DNA of 57,157 nt from a virus (IMGVR_UViG_3300046103_001141:1-57157), one strand, 5' to 3'. Shown: positions 25,901 through 35,654, counted from the first letter of the stretch. The notes: a model not told the origin generated them from the sequence alone. Program-made: numbers and translations.

Positions 25901-28555
25901 GTCAGACGCCATATTTTGAGCAATCATCGCAGATGATGTTGGAACACCACCAATAGTAACTGTTGGAGAATTTCTATCTATATCATAATTTTTGGTAGAA
26001 AATAATTCACCATTTACATCAAATACGCTGAGAGTTAATCCTCTCTGAGTAGTATTAAATTCATTATTAATACGGTGTAATGATGTTAAACCTTTAAATA
26101 TTCCTCTAGGTTTATCATTATCATAACCACCTTGAATTAGATACTGAATTCCATTTAAAATAGAATTGCCTTTACTGTTATCACCTATTTGAAAGGTTCT
26201 ATTTGGGTCTTGATACCATGTGGTTCCAAGTTCTGGATTATGATATAATATTCCTGTAAATAAATCCGCTCCAAGAATTGGATCACCAAAACCATTACTA
26301 TCAATATTATGATAACCCTTTGTTAAATCATATGTCACAGATTTTTCAGAATCAAAGTATAGATAAGTTTTTTTATTTCTTAAATCAAAAATAGTATTAT
26401 CATCGTATGAATATATTCCATCTGCACCTGGCGCTAGTTTTATGTCTTTTACTGTAGCATCAGAAATATTATAGAATGCAAAACCAGTTTGAACTGGACC
26501 ACCAAATATTGTTAAATCTAAATCTTTAATTTCTTCTGGAATACCGTCATTATTAAATAAGTCTATTTTTTTAGATGTAAGTGGGTCAATAGCAGAATCT
26601 CCGAATTGACTTGTTTCAATAGTTAGTTCAAAACCACCTTTTTTAATTTTAATGACAACATCGCCACTGGAATCCCATGACACATTTGGATGTATCGGCC
26701 TCGCTTCTACTAATCTACCTATGTCAATTAATTGCTCATCAACTTGCCCAGCATTGTAAATTAATTCAAAGTTATATGGATCAGGACCACGCGAAAGAGG
26801 TATATCCAAATCTGAATCGTATGCTCCAGTTGATCTTACGCTTCTAAAGACAGTCAAAGTTTTTTCTTTTAAACCATCTTTCACAAATCCAACAACAACA
26901 CCAGCCGCCCCAATTTTTTCTCTAGTATCATTAGCACTAAAAGTTGCTTGTAATATATAATCACTACGAGATGTTGGAGAAATTATACCATTTATAGATT
27001 TTGAAATTTTTTGATATTTAGTAGTCAGATTAGAATAATCAGAATCTAAAACAACGGTTTTAAAGTTAGAATTATTTGAATCAAAATATGTATATATATT
27101 ATCATTAATTGGGGAAGTTGCACCATTAGTAAACCGTCCAGAGACAACATCACCAATTGGTACATGGTTTTCAAAAAAGTTTAAATTTGTTTTTGAAAAT
27201 CCAGACATTATTACATCACCAGATTCAATTTCATATAAAAAATCACCATGACTATACGGTTTATATGACAAATATCCTTCACGCGATTTTAGTTTATCTA
27301 AATCTGATCCAGCGGCAGGAGGCTCTGCTTCTAATGCTGCTACAAGTTGTTCACTATCAAACACAAATTTACCAGAATATCCTATATAGTCCCAATCATA
27401 TTTTTTTTCGTATGCATCATATGCTAAAAACTGTCCAGAGAGACCAGCACCAAAGGGTGTTTTTTCAGTAGTAGTATCATCACTATCACCATCACTATCT
27501 AAATCACTAATGTTTATATTAGGAAAAAAATTCCATTTATTTTCATCTTCTTCAAATTTTATATACGCATATTTTTCTCTGATACCACTTATAGAATCTG
27601 CTTTAGCATAATAAATTCCACCAAAATTCTCTTGTGCAATGGCGTTAATGTCAGTTAAAAGATCATTACTATCCCATTCACCAGCATCTATATAATATCT
27701 TCCAACACGTAAGATATTTTGAATACTAACACTATCAGAACTTATTATTGATGCGGTAAGTATATCCGACCTAGATTGAGAAATATATGCACTATCCGCT
27801 TTAAGATATTTAATATGTGAACTATCTGAGTATAAAGTTCCTAGCCTAGCACTATCTGCCCTCAATCCATCAATATATGCGCTATCTGCATTTATACTTC
27901 CAAATATACTTGAATCTGCCCTCAATCCACCAATATATGCGCTATCTGCTTCTATACGTCCAAATACACCTAAATCTGCTCTAACACTATCAAAAATTCC
28001 AGAGTTTTCTCCAAAAGTGTCTACACCTATTGCAGAATCAGACCCTCCACTAACATCTTGAACTAAATTTGATCCTAATGTAATATCAGCAGAGGCTTGA
28101 GCAAGGCGAAAACATATATTTGAATATACTGGTGATCCTGCCGACATCCAAGCATTAATATCTACGTTATCACGCCTAAAAAATCTGTCATTATTACTGA
28201 GTTGACCAGTTGCTAATTCAAAAGTTTGAATTGTTAAGGTCTTGCACGAAGGTGCAGTTGGGATTCCAGAAATTGATAGGCCAAATTTGTGTGTTGGTAT
28301 AAAAGTATTTGCACTTGGAAGTTTTTCTACTTGACCATCAACATGGGTTACTTGCCACCTACGATCAGAACCTACAATGTATCCAGCATCTAATTGAAGC
28401 GCAATTGTTACAAATTGTGCATTGTATGGAAGTTCGATTACAAGATTATCTCTTAAATCTATTTCTTTAATAATACCTAGAGGTTGAATTTGATATACAA
28501 GAACATCGTTTTTTTGTTTTGGAACTCTACCTTCCCAAGAATTATTATCCACCAT
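22922..28555 (-). CDS. Large fibre protein with C-terminal intramolecular chaperone (peptidase S74-like) and ILEI-like domain
   Basis: C-terminal SDLRLKEN...GVVAQEVEEVLPE...Y.KLVPLLIESIKEL; repeated LAY.S.TG.FTY units; RGLTL.VFD...YD ILEI-like segment. Confidence 0.85.
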   Translation of the reverse strand: MVDNNSWEGRVPKQKNDVLVYQIQPLGIIKEIDLRDNLVIELPYNAQFVTIALQLDAGYIVGSDRRWQVTHVDGQVEKLPSANTFIPTHKFGLSISGIPTAPSCKTLTIQTFELATGQLSNNDRFFRRDNVDINAWMSAGSPVYSNICFRLAQASADITLGSNLVQDVSGGSDSAIGVDTFGENSGIFDSVRADLGVFGRIEADSAYIGGLRADSSIFGSINADSAYIDGLRADSARLGTLYSDSSHIKYLKADSAYISQSRSDILTASIISSDSVSIQNILRVGRYYIDAGEWDSNDLLTDINAIAQENFGGIYYAKADSISGIREKYAYIKFEEDENKWNFFPNINISDLDSDGDSDDTTTEKTPFGAGLSGQFLAYDAYEKKYDWDYIGYSGKFVFDSEQLVAALEAEPPAAGSDLDKLKSREGYLSYKPYSHGDFLYEIESGDVIMSGFSKTNLNFFENHVPIGDVVSGRFTNGATSPINDNIYTYFDSNNSNFKTVVLDSDYSNLTTKYQKISKSINGIISPTSRSDYILQATFSANDTREKIGAAGVVVGFVKDGLKEKTLTVFRSVRSTGAYDSDLDIPLSRGPDPYNFELIYNAGQVDEQLIDIGRLVEARPIHPNVSWDSSGDVVIKIKKGGFELTIETSQFGDSAIDPLTSKKIDLFNNDGIPEEIKDLDLTIFGGPVQTGFAFYNISDATVKDIKLAPGADGIYSYDDNTIFDLRNKKTYLYFDSEKSVTYDLTKGYHNIDSNGFGDPILGADLFTGILYHNPELGTTWYQDPNRTFQIGDNSKGNSILNGIQYLIQGGYDNDKPRGIFKGLTSLHRINNEFNTTQRGLTLSVFDVNGELFSTKNYDIDRNSPTVTIGGVPTSSAMIAQNMASDITNLANGATKQICVITSWGDWHFDDGGFLTAAAKAIGLSKLAAAGEASLGSHQYASVFQLGSKSKIYEVAEHQNSINQPSIKLFMNGLQGSEEFFVLGGEANANSSLTNWRGDIIAETTGNNDLNLYGGVVAATPSTFNSTVNIAIGEANGIRFPDEAFANDANDKARLYLIDSPNETGQQIFTIEVQDDSTDLINLITPESDGRGLGMGMTGLRHNMKPIFSEGYLNIVYDDSPTLGGNLNILDYKIFSGDYLDNHTDIHPTIELSYNPPGNDNADSSAMLSSIRSIHNFIDINAVENSQYFGLWNNKNPYSDNLIDSTNWIFGIRENGDVDVTGKFTTVTTDQLTEGLVNLYYTDSRVILSAHNSIRVDTDTTPAGGGSLAWTPSPDAIEQGVLDFVPALSHSIITETPSGTVNTLAYSTASGIFTFKSALLSDILSSANSEHTVVNATPSGTTTSLSYDTTNGEFTLTPIAPINVDSNSRASLGISNVNARVEGGQLAYNSASGIFTYTKSYQFNFINNSTPSGAGAIASSISGGVQTVTYTPADIFSQLSITDAAPISGNNSSLTLTAGALTYRPAEYYPPISIIDTQSIPSHGEGSLAYDSATGVLTHLRAATVNLLNFRGTTDSDLAEFGKVGTISFDTDSNYGIGTFKLTPGYFATKIDSCLDTTLTIPHATETMGQVAAAVVATKPSVMMLDSSAAFKFSNRRISLGDLVNVADSANAALGFVLTKTHQGYADATPHGSNFEFKSLPPTILLTDLSVGALTTPDDIIGNIVYDNTNGTFSFKPPQSFAKFAGGDGGLATPSALSETLTLTADTTSGLLINASGSTITIDASSVGGFSVDNNSNNRIVTATGTGGNAEENATFDGSTLAITGAITATGNISAEGNVIAAASSDLRLKENLQKIDNALEKVSRLNGYTFTWNEKADKIFSSKNDVGVVAQEVEEVLPEIVIDRVDGYKAVYYEKLVPLLIESIKELKERIEELEKR
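27770..27995 (-). repeat. 30-nt / 10-aa tandem repeat (ADSAYIGGLR type)
   Basis: ADSAYIGGLR ADSSIFGSIN ADSAYIDGLR ADSARLGTLY SDSSHIKYLK ADSAYISQSR; DNA copies of ATCTGCCCTCAATCCA.CAATATATGCGCTATCTGC. Confidence 0.8.
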
Positions 28556-28557
28556 AA

Positions 28558-30093
28558 TTAATCTTCCTCTTCAGCGGTGGCTGGGTCTGCTACTTCTCCG
28601 CTTTTTATTTCATCCTCTACTTGAGATTTCAAGTCTTTAATATCCTCTTCTGAATATTTTAATACATTTTTAAATACCCATTCTTTAGAGAAATAGTCGC
28701 CAACATACTGAGACATGATATCAAGCGTCTGCAATCTTTCTCTTAATATTTCTGCATCTTTCAACTCAGAAAAATAATTATCTCTTGCATAATCAACTCT
28801 AATAGTAGTTTTCCAAACATCCCAATCGGCTTCAGTTATAATTTTTTTAAGAACTAATTGTTTCTTCAAAACTTGTAAAAAAATCATACTAAATTTTTTG
28901 CGAAGACGGTCTATAAATTTACTAAACTTTACTTCTTCTCTTGTAATTTCGTTATTTTTACCAAGAGAAAATTGTGATTCTTGTTCTAGTCTATTCAGTG
29001 GAACATTTAATGAACGATAAAGTCTTTTTTGAAAATATATGATATCATCAATCTGACCTAAGTTATCACCACCTGGAAGTGTTGTTACTTCAGTTCCTCT
29101 ACCACCTTCTCTGCGCGGCAACCAAAAATCTTCTAGCATTGACATATGCTTACGATCATCACGCAATTCGCCAGTACCAGCATCGTAAACCAATTTGTTA
29201 CGATATTTGGTCATAATATTTTTCATGTATTCTTCTGCTTTACCTTTTGGTAAGTTACCAACATCAACATAGAAAATTCTACGTTCTGGTGCGCGACTCA
29301 ATCTGTAAATTACTAGAGAGTCTTCCATCATTCTTAATTGATTGACAGGCTTAATGCACTTATGTAAATGAGAAACAACCTTTTTTCTAGATTCGTCTAA
29401 AAGACCACTTGTTACATAATTAATTGAATCTAGTGTAAATTTTACACCTTTATTCTGTATTTGACCTGATGATGTTTTTCCTGGTTTTTCGGTATATATG
29501 AAATACTCATTAATTGATTCAATAACATCTGCATTTGTATTAGGGTCTTTTTTAGTTTTGACTTCTTTAATTTTTCTTATTTTGGTAGCATCAATAAATC
29601 TTAATTCTTGAATACCCGCTTTTTCATTTTTTTCATCAACTAAAATGTGATGATAAATTCTACCATCAATGTACCATCTTTTAAATAAATCATGAGCATG
29701 TTCAGATGCGTCAAACATTGAAAGAACATTTTTAAATTCCTCTTGAACAATTTTTTTAATATTATCTGGTGCTTCTATATCATCGGTATTTAAGGATAAA
29801 GTACTTTCATCTGAATTATTTACAATCGCTTCATTTACAATATCTTCTATCGCCATATCAACTTCTGGATGAACAGCAATTCCACGATATTTGTTAATCA
29901 TCGCGATATTATCTTTGGTGTTGTCACCATCAATGTCTACATATTGACCAAAGTGGCTTCCAGACGCAGTAACATATCCAGCACCATCATCATTTTGTGG
30001 CGCAACTACACTTTTAATTCGTTCCGAATCTTTATCACCTTGCTTCTTTCGTTTTATTTCAAAACCAAAGAGAGAAACCGTATTTTCTGCCAT
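28558..30093 (-). CDS. gp20: Portal protein
   Basis: LFGF.I, HPEVD.AI.DIVNEAI, WYIDGR, NQLRMMEDSLVIYR..RAPERRIFY.DVGNLP, EDFWLPRREGGRGTE. Confidence 0.98.
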   Translation of the reverse strand: MAENTVSLFGFEIKRKKQGDKDSERIKSVVAPQNDDGAGYVTASGSHFGQYVDIDGDNTKDNIAMINKYRGIAVHPEVDMAIEDIVNEAIVNNSDESTLSLNTDDIEAPDNIKKIVQEEFKNVLSMFDASEHAHDLFKRWYIDGRIYHHILVDEKNEKAGIQELRFIDATKIRKIKEVKTKKDPNTNADVIESINEYFIYTEKPGKTSSGQIQNKGVKFTLDSINYVTSGLLDESRKKVVSHLHKCIKPVNQLRMMEDSLVIYRLSRAPERRIFYVDVGNLPKGKAEEYMKNIMTKYRNKLVYDAGTGELRDDRKHMSMLEDFWLPRREGGRGTEVTTLPGGDNLGQIDDIIYFQKRLYRSLNVPLNRLEQESQFSLGKNNEITREEVKFSKFIDRLRKKFSMIFLQVLKKQLVLKKIITEADWDVWKTTIRVDYARDNYFSELKDAEILRERLQTLDIMSQYVGDYFSKEWVFKNVLKYSEEDIKDLKSQVEDEIKSGEVADPATAEEED

Positions 30094-30118
30094 GAAACAT
30101 TCCTATAATTTATATTGA

Positions 30119-30140
30119 GTGGGGGAACGAATCCCCCCAC
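30119..30140 (-). terminator. GC-rich UUCG hairpin between gp19 and gp20 (attenuator/stabiliser)
   Basis: GTGGGGGGA-TTCG-TTCCCCCAC; no U tract in sense direction. Confidence 0.65.
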
Positions 30141-30150
30141 TTTTCACAAG

Positions 30151-30158
30151 TATTTATA
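30151..30158 (-). promoter_or_regulatory. T4-type late promoter for gp20
   Basis: TATAAATA. Confidence 0.7.
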
Positions 30159-30160
30159 CG

Positions 30161-30688
30161 TTAACTTGTGGTATTACTTTCCCAATATTGTACTTGGAAC
30201 TCGCAAGTAAATTCTTCAATAGCATCTTGAGTATCATAAGATAATTCAATTGAAGAAATATTAGTTGGAAAACAACCTCTGAAAATGTATCTTTTCAGAA
30301 CACTTTCATCCTTATCAAGTTGATCAACCAAAAGGTCTGCTTGATAAGTTTGAGGATTGGTAAATCCAATGTTGGTGGTATGAGAATTAATACCATTCAT
30401 CCAACGCTCTAGGGCATCTCTTGTACCAAAATCTGTATCGTTAATGATTGTTGTGGTCCAAGTTTCAAATGTCCTATCTCCAGCAATTTTTAACTGTCTA
30501 CCTCTGAAGGGAACTTCAATTGCATTCAGTGTTGATGCTGGAAGTTGTGCTGCCCTACACATAAAAGATGTAAGTTCAACATTACCTGCTGCATATCCTG
30601 GAAAGTTAATGGTTGCTTTAAAAAGGTTTGCTCTTGCGCCACCCCCTTTTAATTTTGCTTTAAAATCGTCTACGCCTAAAATCGCCAT
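30161..30688 (-). CDS. gp19: Tail tube protein
   Basis: GGGARANLF, VPFRGRQLKIAGDRTFETWT.TI.ND, FPTNIS.IELSYD, IEEF. Confidence 0.97.
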   Translation of the reverse strand: MAILGVDDFKAKLKGGGARANLFKATINFPGYAAGNVELTSFMCRAAQLPASTLNAIEVPFRGRQLKIAGDRTFETWTTTIINDTDFGTRDALERWMNGINSHTTNIGFTNPQTYQADLLVDQLDKDESVLKRYIFRGCFPTNISSIELSYDTQDAIEEFTCEFQVQYWESNTTS

Positions 30689-30708
30689 TTTTTATCTCCT
30701 ATGCTATC

Positions 30709-32793
30709 TTATACGCCAGAAGTGCCAACAACTTCTTCAAACGAAACTCCAGTGCGTACAGCAACAAAGTTAAGAGTGATGAAGTTAATAGACCTTGCAG
30801 GTTTGATGAATAGGGAAGCGATAAATTGATTTGAATCTATAATTAACGGTGTGTTATTAGTTTCATCACAAACCAATTTGAAATCGGTAATTCCCCTTCT
30901 ACCTTTCACATCTCTGAGTAGAGGTTCAACGATATTTACAAATTCGGCTCTTGTAAATTCATCGTTAAATTCAAACAGAATGTTTTGTGCCGCTGCTGAA
31001 ATTGCTCTCTCAAGAACAAGGAACAACCTGCGAACATTAATCCGATCAAATGCGGATGGTCTTGCTAAGTGAGTTTTATCACCATAAAGCAATACGCCTT
31101 GACCCGGAATATTAGCGATTGGGTTGATACCTGCTTTATACAGTGTATCTCTCTCTGATTTAGTTGGCGAATATGCCAAACTAGTTACGCCAAAATATTG
31201 ACCTCTACGAGTACCTGCTGGTGAGAACCATGGAGCAAAGTTATTATCCGTTGCTGCCATAATACCTGCTGTAGAAGATGCTGCTGGAATAAAAATGTAT
31301 TGATCATTATATTTGTCATAAACTTTTAGATAGTTGTTATCAACCGCTAGATAAGAACTTCTAGTGAATTGATGACTACTTTGTGCTGCCGTAATCGCGG
31401 TAACTGCTAGTGCTGAAGTTTGCTTTCCAACTACAGCCTCACGATTTGGTGAAGCCAATACCATACAATCTTTACGTGTGTTTTGTGCTATAGATACCAT
31501 GTTATTTACAACAGTTTGATGATTTTGAGCAGTCGCTAGGCCAGGAGCAATCATGAAATCAATTGCTAAAGCATTTGGATCATTGAATTTGGCAAAACCA
31601 GTTCCAAAATCTGCTGCCGCAAGTGCCGCCGAATTTACACCTCCACCAAGAGATATTGTAAGTTCTTTTTTACTACCAGTTCCAAATGACGCCGCAAAAT
31701 TTTTGGTTCCTGTTGGTGCTGTACCTACATTTGTACCAAATCTAGAATCATTGACAGAAGGTAACCAAACATATTGTGAATTTCTGTTTAGTACTTCTTG
31801 AATATAATTTGTTGATCCTTGATTAGTTTTTGCTCCTAGTATCAAAGAAACGAATGGGAATGTTTCTAAAACTGTACCAGCAATTCCTGAAACCTCGCCT
31901 TCTTCATCAATAATGGCAACATGAACTTCATCATTAGTGACATTTGTACTCGCACCCGCACTAGCGGTGTTTGCGAAGGATGAAGTTTCTGGCGCAGCAT
32001 CAAAATATGATCTATACGTCCAATTAGTGAAATCCGAATCAGTCGCAGACGCCCCGACCATAGAAACTTTCAAACTATTTCCAAGAACACCTGGATATTT
32101 TGCGACAAATGTGTGTCCATCTGTGCCAAGTTGGGCTTTTTGCCCATCAAAGTTGTCAGTATTTGTTACTAATGGGATTGATCCGCTTCCTGCTACTGGC
32201 GTACCAGAAGTTGTGAATGTACCAATATCAACTATACCAGTTCCACCAGCAGAATCTTCGCCTGTGATTATAATCTTCAGATCGTTTGCTGGCGTTGCGC
32301 CACCTAAACTAGTTCCAAGAATAACTGCTGAATCGCCAACATTATAGTCGCCGCCAGTTCCTTCATTTGTCAGTGCTGCTGAATAAACACCACCACTTTT
32401 TACTACTGTCCATACTGCCCCAGTACCAGTTGCGCTTGCGCCAGCCGCACCAGAGATTGATGCATGAGTCAATCCAGTATAAGTTGCCGCCCCAGCCGTT
32501 GTTTCGTATGAGTTTTTTGCTGTATCTGTATATTCTCTAACGATATATAAATCATCTGAGTATCGCAAAAATTGATTTGCTGCATGGAAATCACCAGTGT
32601 TAACTGTATCTGGACTTCCAAAAGTTCCGACTAATGTTGCTTCGTTGCTAACCAGTGTGGGTATGTCACATGGACCCCAAGAAAAGTTCCCGACCATAGC
32701 ACCTGTAGATGTAGGTATGTTTGGGACTCCACTAGTTAAATCAACTTCTTTTACAACGATTGCAGGAGATTCAGAGGGTGCTGTTAATGCCAT
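30709..32793 (-). CDS. gp18: Tail sheath protein
   Basis: SPAIVVKEVDLT, F.WGP, PWFSPAG..RG, RDTLY..GINPI, GDKT, SAFDRINVRRLF, IKPARSINFITLNF. Confidence 0.98.
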   Translation of the reverse strand: MALTAPSESPAIVVKEVDLTSGVPNIPTSTGAMVGNFSWGPCDIPTLVSNEATLVGTFGSPDTVNTGDFHAANQFLRYSDDLYIVREYTDTAKNSYETTAGAATYTGLTHASISGAAGASATGTGAVWTVVKSGGVYSAALTNEGTGGDYNVGDSAVILGTSLGGATPANDLKIIITGEDSAGGTGIVDIGTFTTSGTPVAGSGSIPLVTNTDNFDGQKAQLGTDGHTFVAKYPGVLGNSLKVSMVGASATDSDFTNWTYRSYFDAAPETSSFANTASAGASTNVTNDEVHVAIIDEEGEVSGIAGTVLETFPFVSLILGAKTNQGSTNYIQEVLNRNSQYVWLPSVNDSRFGTNVGTAPTGTKNFAASFGTGSKKELTISLGGGVNSAALAAADFGTGFAKFNDPNALAIDFMIAPGLATAQNHQTVVNNMVSIAQNTRKDCMVLASPNREAVVGKQTSALAVTAITAAQSSHQFTRSSYLAVDNNYLKVYDKYNDQYIFIPAASSTAGIMAATDNNFAPWFSPAGTRRGQYFGVTSLAYSPTKSERDTLYKAGINPIANIPGQGVLLYGDKTHLARPSAFDRINVRRLFLVLERAISAAAQNILFEFNDEFTRAEFVNIVEPLLRDVKGRRGITDFKLVCDETNNTPLIIDSNQFIASLFIKPARSINFITLNFVAVRTGVSFEEVVGTSGV

Positions 32794-32857
32794 TTCTCTT
32801 TTCCTTTTCCAAGTAAATTAATAAGTTCTTCATAATACGGTTATGTTCAATCACTTG

Positions 32858-32865
32858 TATTTATA
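32858..32865 (-). promoter_or_regulatory. T4-type late promoter for gp18
   Basis: TATAAATA. Confidence 0.8.
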
Positions 32866-32876
32866 TAAACTGTATT

Positions 32877-34478
32877 TTAGAACCTTTCATACTCTGTTTG
32901 CACATGCCATCTACCTGCATCATGATCAACAGTAATTTCGTCTCGCCCATCATCTATAAATCCAAATGGAAGCACATCGTTCTCAATTTCTTCCATTCTT
33001 TGGGAAAATAATAAATCTTTAATTTCTATATCTGTAATTTCATTAAAATGAAGTGTACCTACAAAATAACCAAAAAGAACAAAATTCATTACTAGATCAT
33101 CATGATTACCATCACTCGCTTCCCATGAATTTCCCTTTGCTGAAAATGTGGATATTTCTAAAATAGTATTTTCATCGTGTATAAGTATTTTTTGATTTTC
33201 AAGTAAGTCTTTGAATGATGAACAACCCATTCTTTTTACTTTTTTATTCATTTTAATACCAATAGAATCTGCTTTCACTAATGATTCTACATACATATTT
33301 TCATATTCTAGATCGTGATATAATCCGTTTGCTACAACCATGCCAGCATCATTAGATTCAACCACAACAGTTGCCATATTATATGCTTTGGCATATTTGT
33401 AAATTATGTTTGGAAATAGTAATGGTGATATCAGATTATTTCTATATACTGCGACTTGTTCAAATATGTCACTTGAAACATCTATTATATTAAAGGTTGA
33501 ATAATCTCTACCTCTACCTTGTGCAATATCTACCATACATGTATAGGTATGGCCTTCTATCGGTTCATTATATATTAAAACACTGTCCTTGTCAATTCTT
33601 CTTTTAGGGATTCTTGCTGATAATGAGAGTAAGGTTTCCACTTCAATGAGTGTATTGCCAGTACCAATAAATGTGTTTCCAAATTCTTGGTCAAATTGTA
33701 CTTGTGAAGTGTTTGCTATAGTTTGATTTTTCCATTCCTCATCTCTGCCCGGAACATCAAACCAATCAACGCGAAAGGGCTTATATTCATTTACTTCTTG
33801 AACAGCACCTTCCCAAATTTTATGGAATACATTACCTATGCCGTTTGCAGTAGAAGTGATGATAACCTTAGTATTTTCCCCAGCAGAAACAACAGGATAT
33901 GTTGAAGTATAAAACTCATTCGCCCTCTCAACAAATGCAAATTCGTCAAGATATAGGAGATTTACAGACATACCACGAATAGAAGAACCAGATGTAGCCG
34001 CCGCCACAATTCTAGAATTATTACTAAATTCAATTGAACCTTTATTCAGTGCTTTACAACCGGGCTGTAAAAAGAAAGGTAGGTTCTCTAACATAAGAGT
34101 TACTCTTCCTAACATTTCTCTTGCTGTCGCGCCTTTATTTGCCATCACTGCAATAACTTGTTCTGGGTTAAACAAAGCAAACCAAAGTAAATATGCTACT
34201 GATGATATTGATTTACCTGATTGCCGACACGCCAGAACAATAGAAAATCTATTATCGGTAAATTGGTTAAACATTTTTTCTTGATAGGGGTATAAATCAA
34301 AATTGACAAGACCTTTATCAAGTGATATTATTTTACAATACGTTTTAGCGAAATATGCTGGGTCATTCATACATTTTTGATATTCCAAGACACTTGCTTG
34401 ATCCCAATCTTGGACTACTCCATCACGTTTTACATTCATATTTCCAAGATATGAATTGTTTACTTGACGATCAGTCAT
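32877..34478 (-). CDS. gp17: Terminase large subunit
   Basis: LYPYQ, RQSGKS, YLDEFAFV, TSTANG, VDIAQG.G.DYS, HDDLVM; no intein. Confidence 0.98.
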   Translation of the reverse strand: MTDRQVNNSYLGNMNVKRDGVVQDWDQASVLEYQKCMNDPAYFAKTYCKIISLDKGLVNFDLYPYQEKMFNQFTDNRFSIVLACRQSGKSISSVAYLLWFALFNPEQVIAVMANKGATAREMLGRVTLMLENLPFFLQPGCKALNKGSIEFSNNSRIVAAATSGSSIRGMSVNLLYLDEFAFVERANEFYTSTYPVVSAGENTKVIITSTANGIGNVFHKIWEGAVQEVNEYKPFRVDWFDVPGRDEEWKNQTIANTSQVQFDQEFGNTFIGTGNTLIEVETLLSLSARIPKRRIDKDSVLIYNEPIEGHTYTCMVDIAQGRGRDYSTFNIIDVSSDIFEQVAVYRNNLISPLLFPNIIYKYAKAYNMATVVVESNDAGMVVANGLYHDLEYENMYVESLVKADSIGIKMNKKVKRMGCSSFKDLLENQKILIHDENTILEISTFSAKGNSWEASDGNHDDLVMNFVLFGYFVGTLHFNEITDIEIKDLLFSQRMEEIENDVLPFGFIDDGRDEITVDHDAGRWHVQTEYERF

Positions 34479-34851
34479 CGTCGTTCTTTGGATTAAATTC
34501 TATGATATTTGCATTATCTTTAATATCAACAGTTTTTGGCTCTTTCATATCTTGAAGCATTCTCTGTAGTTCTACAGTAGACCCAACAAATAAATTATTT
34601 GTAGTACCACCTTCCAATATAGGATCAATCCTACTTAATTCATATTTCTTTTTATGAAGATCAATAAGTTTATCACTTACTTCTGATACATTTTTAATTA
34701 AACCCGCAACAACTTCAAAGGCTCTAGGATGCTCTAACGCACTTGCGATTGAAGTCATTTCATCTAAAGCATTTTGGCCTTTATTGATTAGATCGTAATA
34801 TGTTTGTCTTGTAAACTCAATATCATTTTTTTCATTATCTGAATCACTCAT
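34471..34851 (-). CDS. gp16: Terminase small subunit
   Basis: D.EFTR..YY.LI.KG, EHPRAFEV, NNLFVGST.ELQ. Confidence 0.93.
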   Translation of the reverse strand: MSDSDNEKNDIEFTRQTYYDLINKGQNALDEMTSIASALEHPRAFEVVAGLIKNVSEVSDKLIDLHKKKYELSRIDPILEGGTTNNLFVGSTVELQRMLQDMKEPKTVDIKDNANIIEFNPKNDDD

Positions 34852-34859
34852 TTTTTTTC

Positions 34860-35654
34860 CTATGCGCTATCAAAATTTTCTTTTATTGTTTCAGTAAATC
34901 CGAAATCACTATCTCCTTGCGGTGGTGCTAAATTTAAAGGATTTGGTTCAATAGTATATTGAGACAATTGAGGATCATCAGAATCTCCTGCGATTTGATC
35001 ATAAACATTAGCGATTGATTTTCTAATAATGCTATGATCATTAATAGGCCCATAAAAGTTTGCCAGCATTGTAAAATCTAAAGTATAAATTATAGTTCTT
35101 CTTTGCTCTAATGATCCCTCAAAATCATCCGCAAAATTTACGCTTGTTAAAGTGATAGGAACATCTTCTTTTATGTCAGAGGCTAATGTTGCAAAAGGTT
35201 TCATTGTTATGGTATAATGAGGATTAAAATATGGTATTATCTGTTCTACCATTTGCAGAGCATCATCTTGTGTCTTTGCATAGATATTCAATTGAAATGC
35301 AATATCATATGGCGCAGGGCTAAAAAATTTATTTCTTTTAGTATTAGATGTGACAGATAAATTATTATCATACGCATTCATTTTAGGTAGTTTACGTTCA
35401 GCATTGTACGTGAATGATGTTATCTCAAAGGACATTCTAGGAAGTTTAATAGCAACTCTTGTATCATTTTCAAGACTTGGATTCTCTCTAATCCTATCCA
35501 GATATTTTACTTTAGGTGCGTATGAAAGTGGAACTTTCACTTGACTTATAACTTTACCAGAAGAATCTTTTCTTAGAACATAAATGTTATTAAACATAGT
35601 TCCAAATATTGCAACTGATTTTCTAATTCGTTCGTGATAAAAATATTGTAACAT
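34860..35654 (-). CDS. gp15: Tail sheath stabiliser / completion protein
   Basis: FYHE.IRK....FG.MFNNI, VPLSYAPK.K, LPRMSFE, LQMVEQIIPYF.P, RRTIIYTLDF. Confidence 0.95.
   Translation of the reverse strand: MLQYFYHERIRKSVAIFGTMFNNIYVLRKDSSGKVISQVKVPLSYAPKVKYLDRIRENPSLENDTRVAIKLPRMSFEITSFTYNAERKLPKMNAYDNNLSVTSNTKRNKFFSPAPYDIAFQLNIYAKTQDDALQMVEQIIPYFNPHYTITMKPFATLASDIKEDVPITLTSVNFADDFEGSLEQRRTIIYTLDFTMLANFYGPINDHSIIRKSIANVYDQIAGDSDDPQLSQYTIEPNPLNLAPPQGDSDFGFTETIKENFDSA

Noticed and set aside
120-34478. Introns or inteins in gp43, uvsW, gp46, gp20 or gp17
   Set aside because: All have normal lengths and continuous motifs; no splice-junction signatures.
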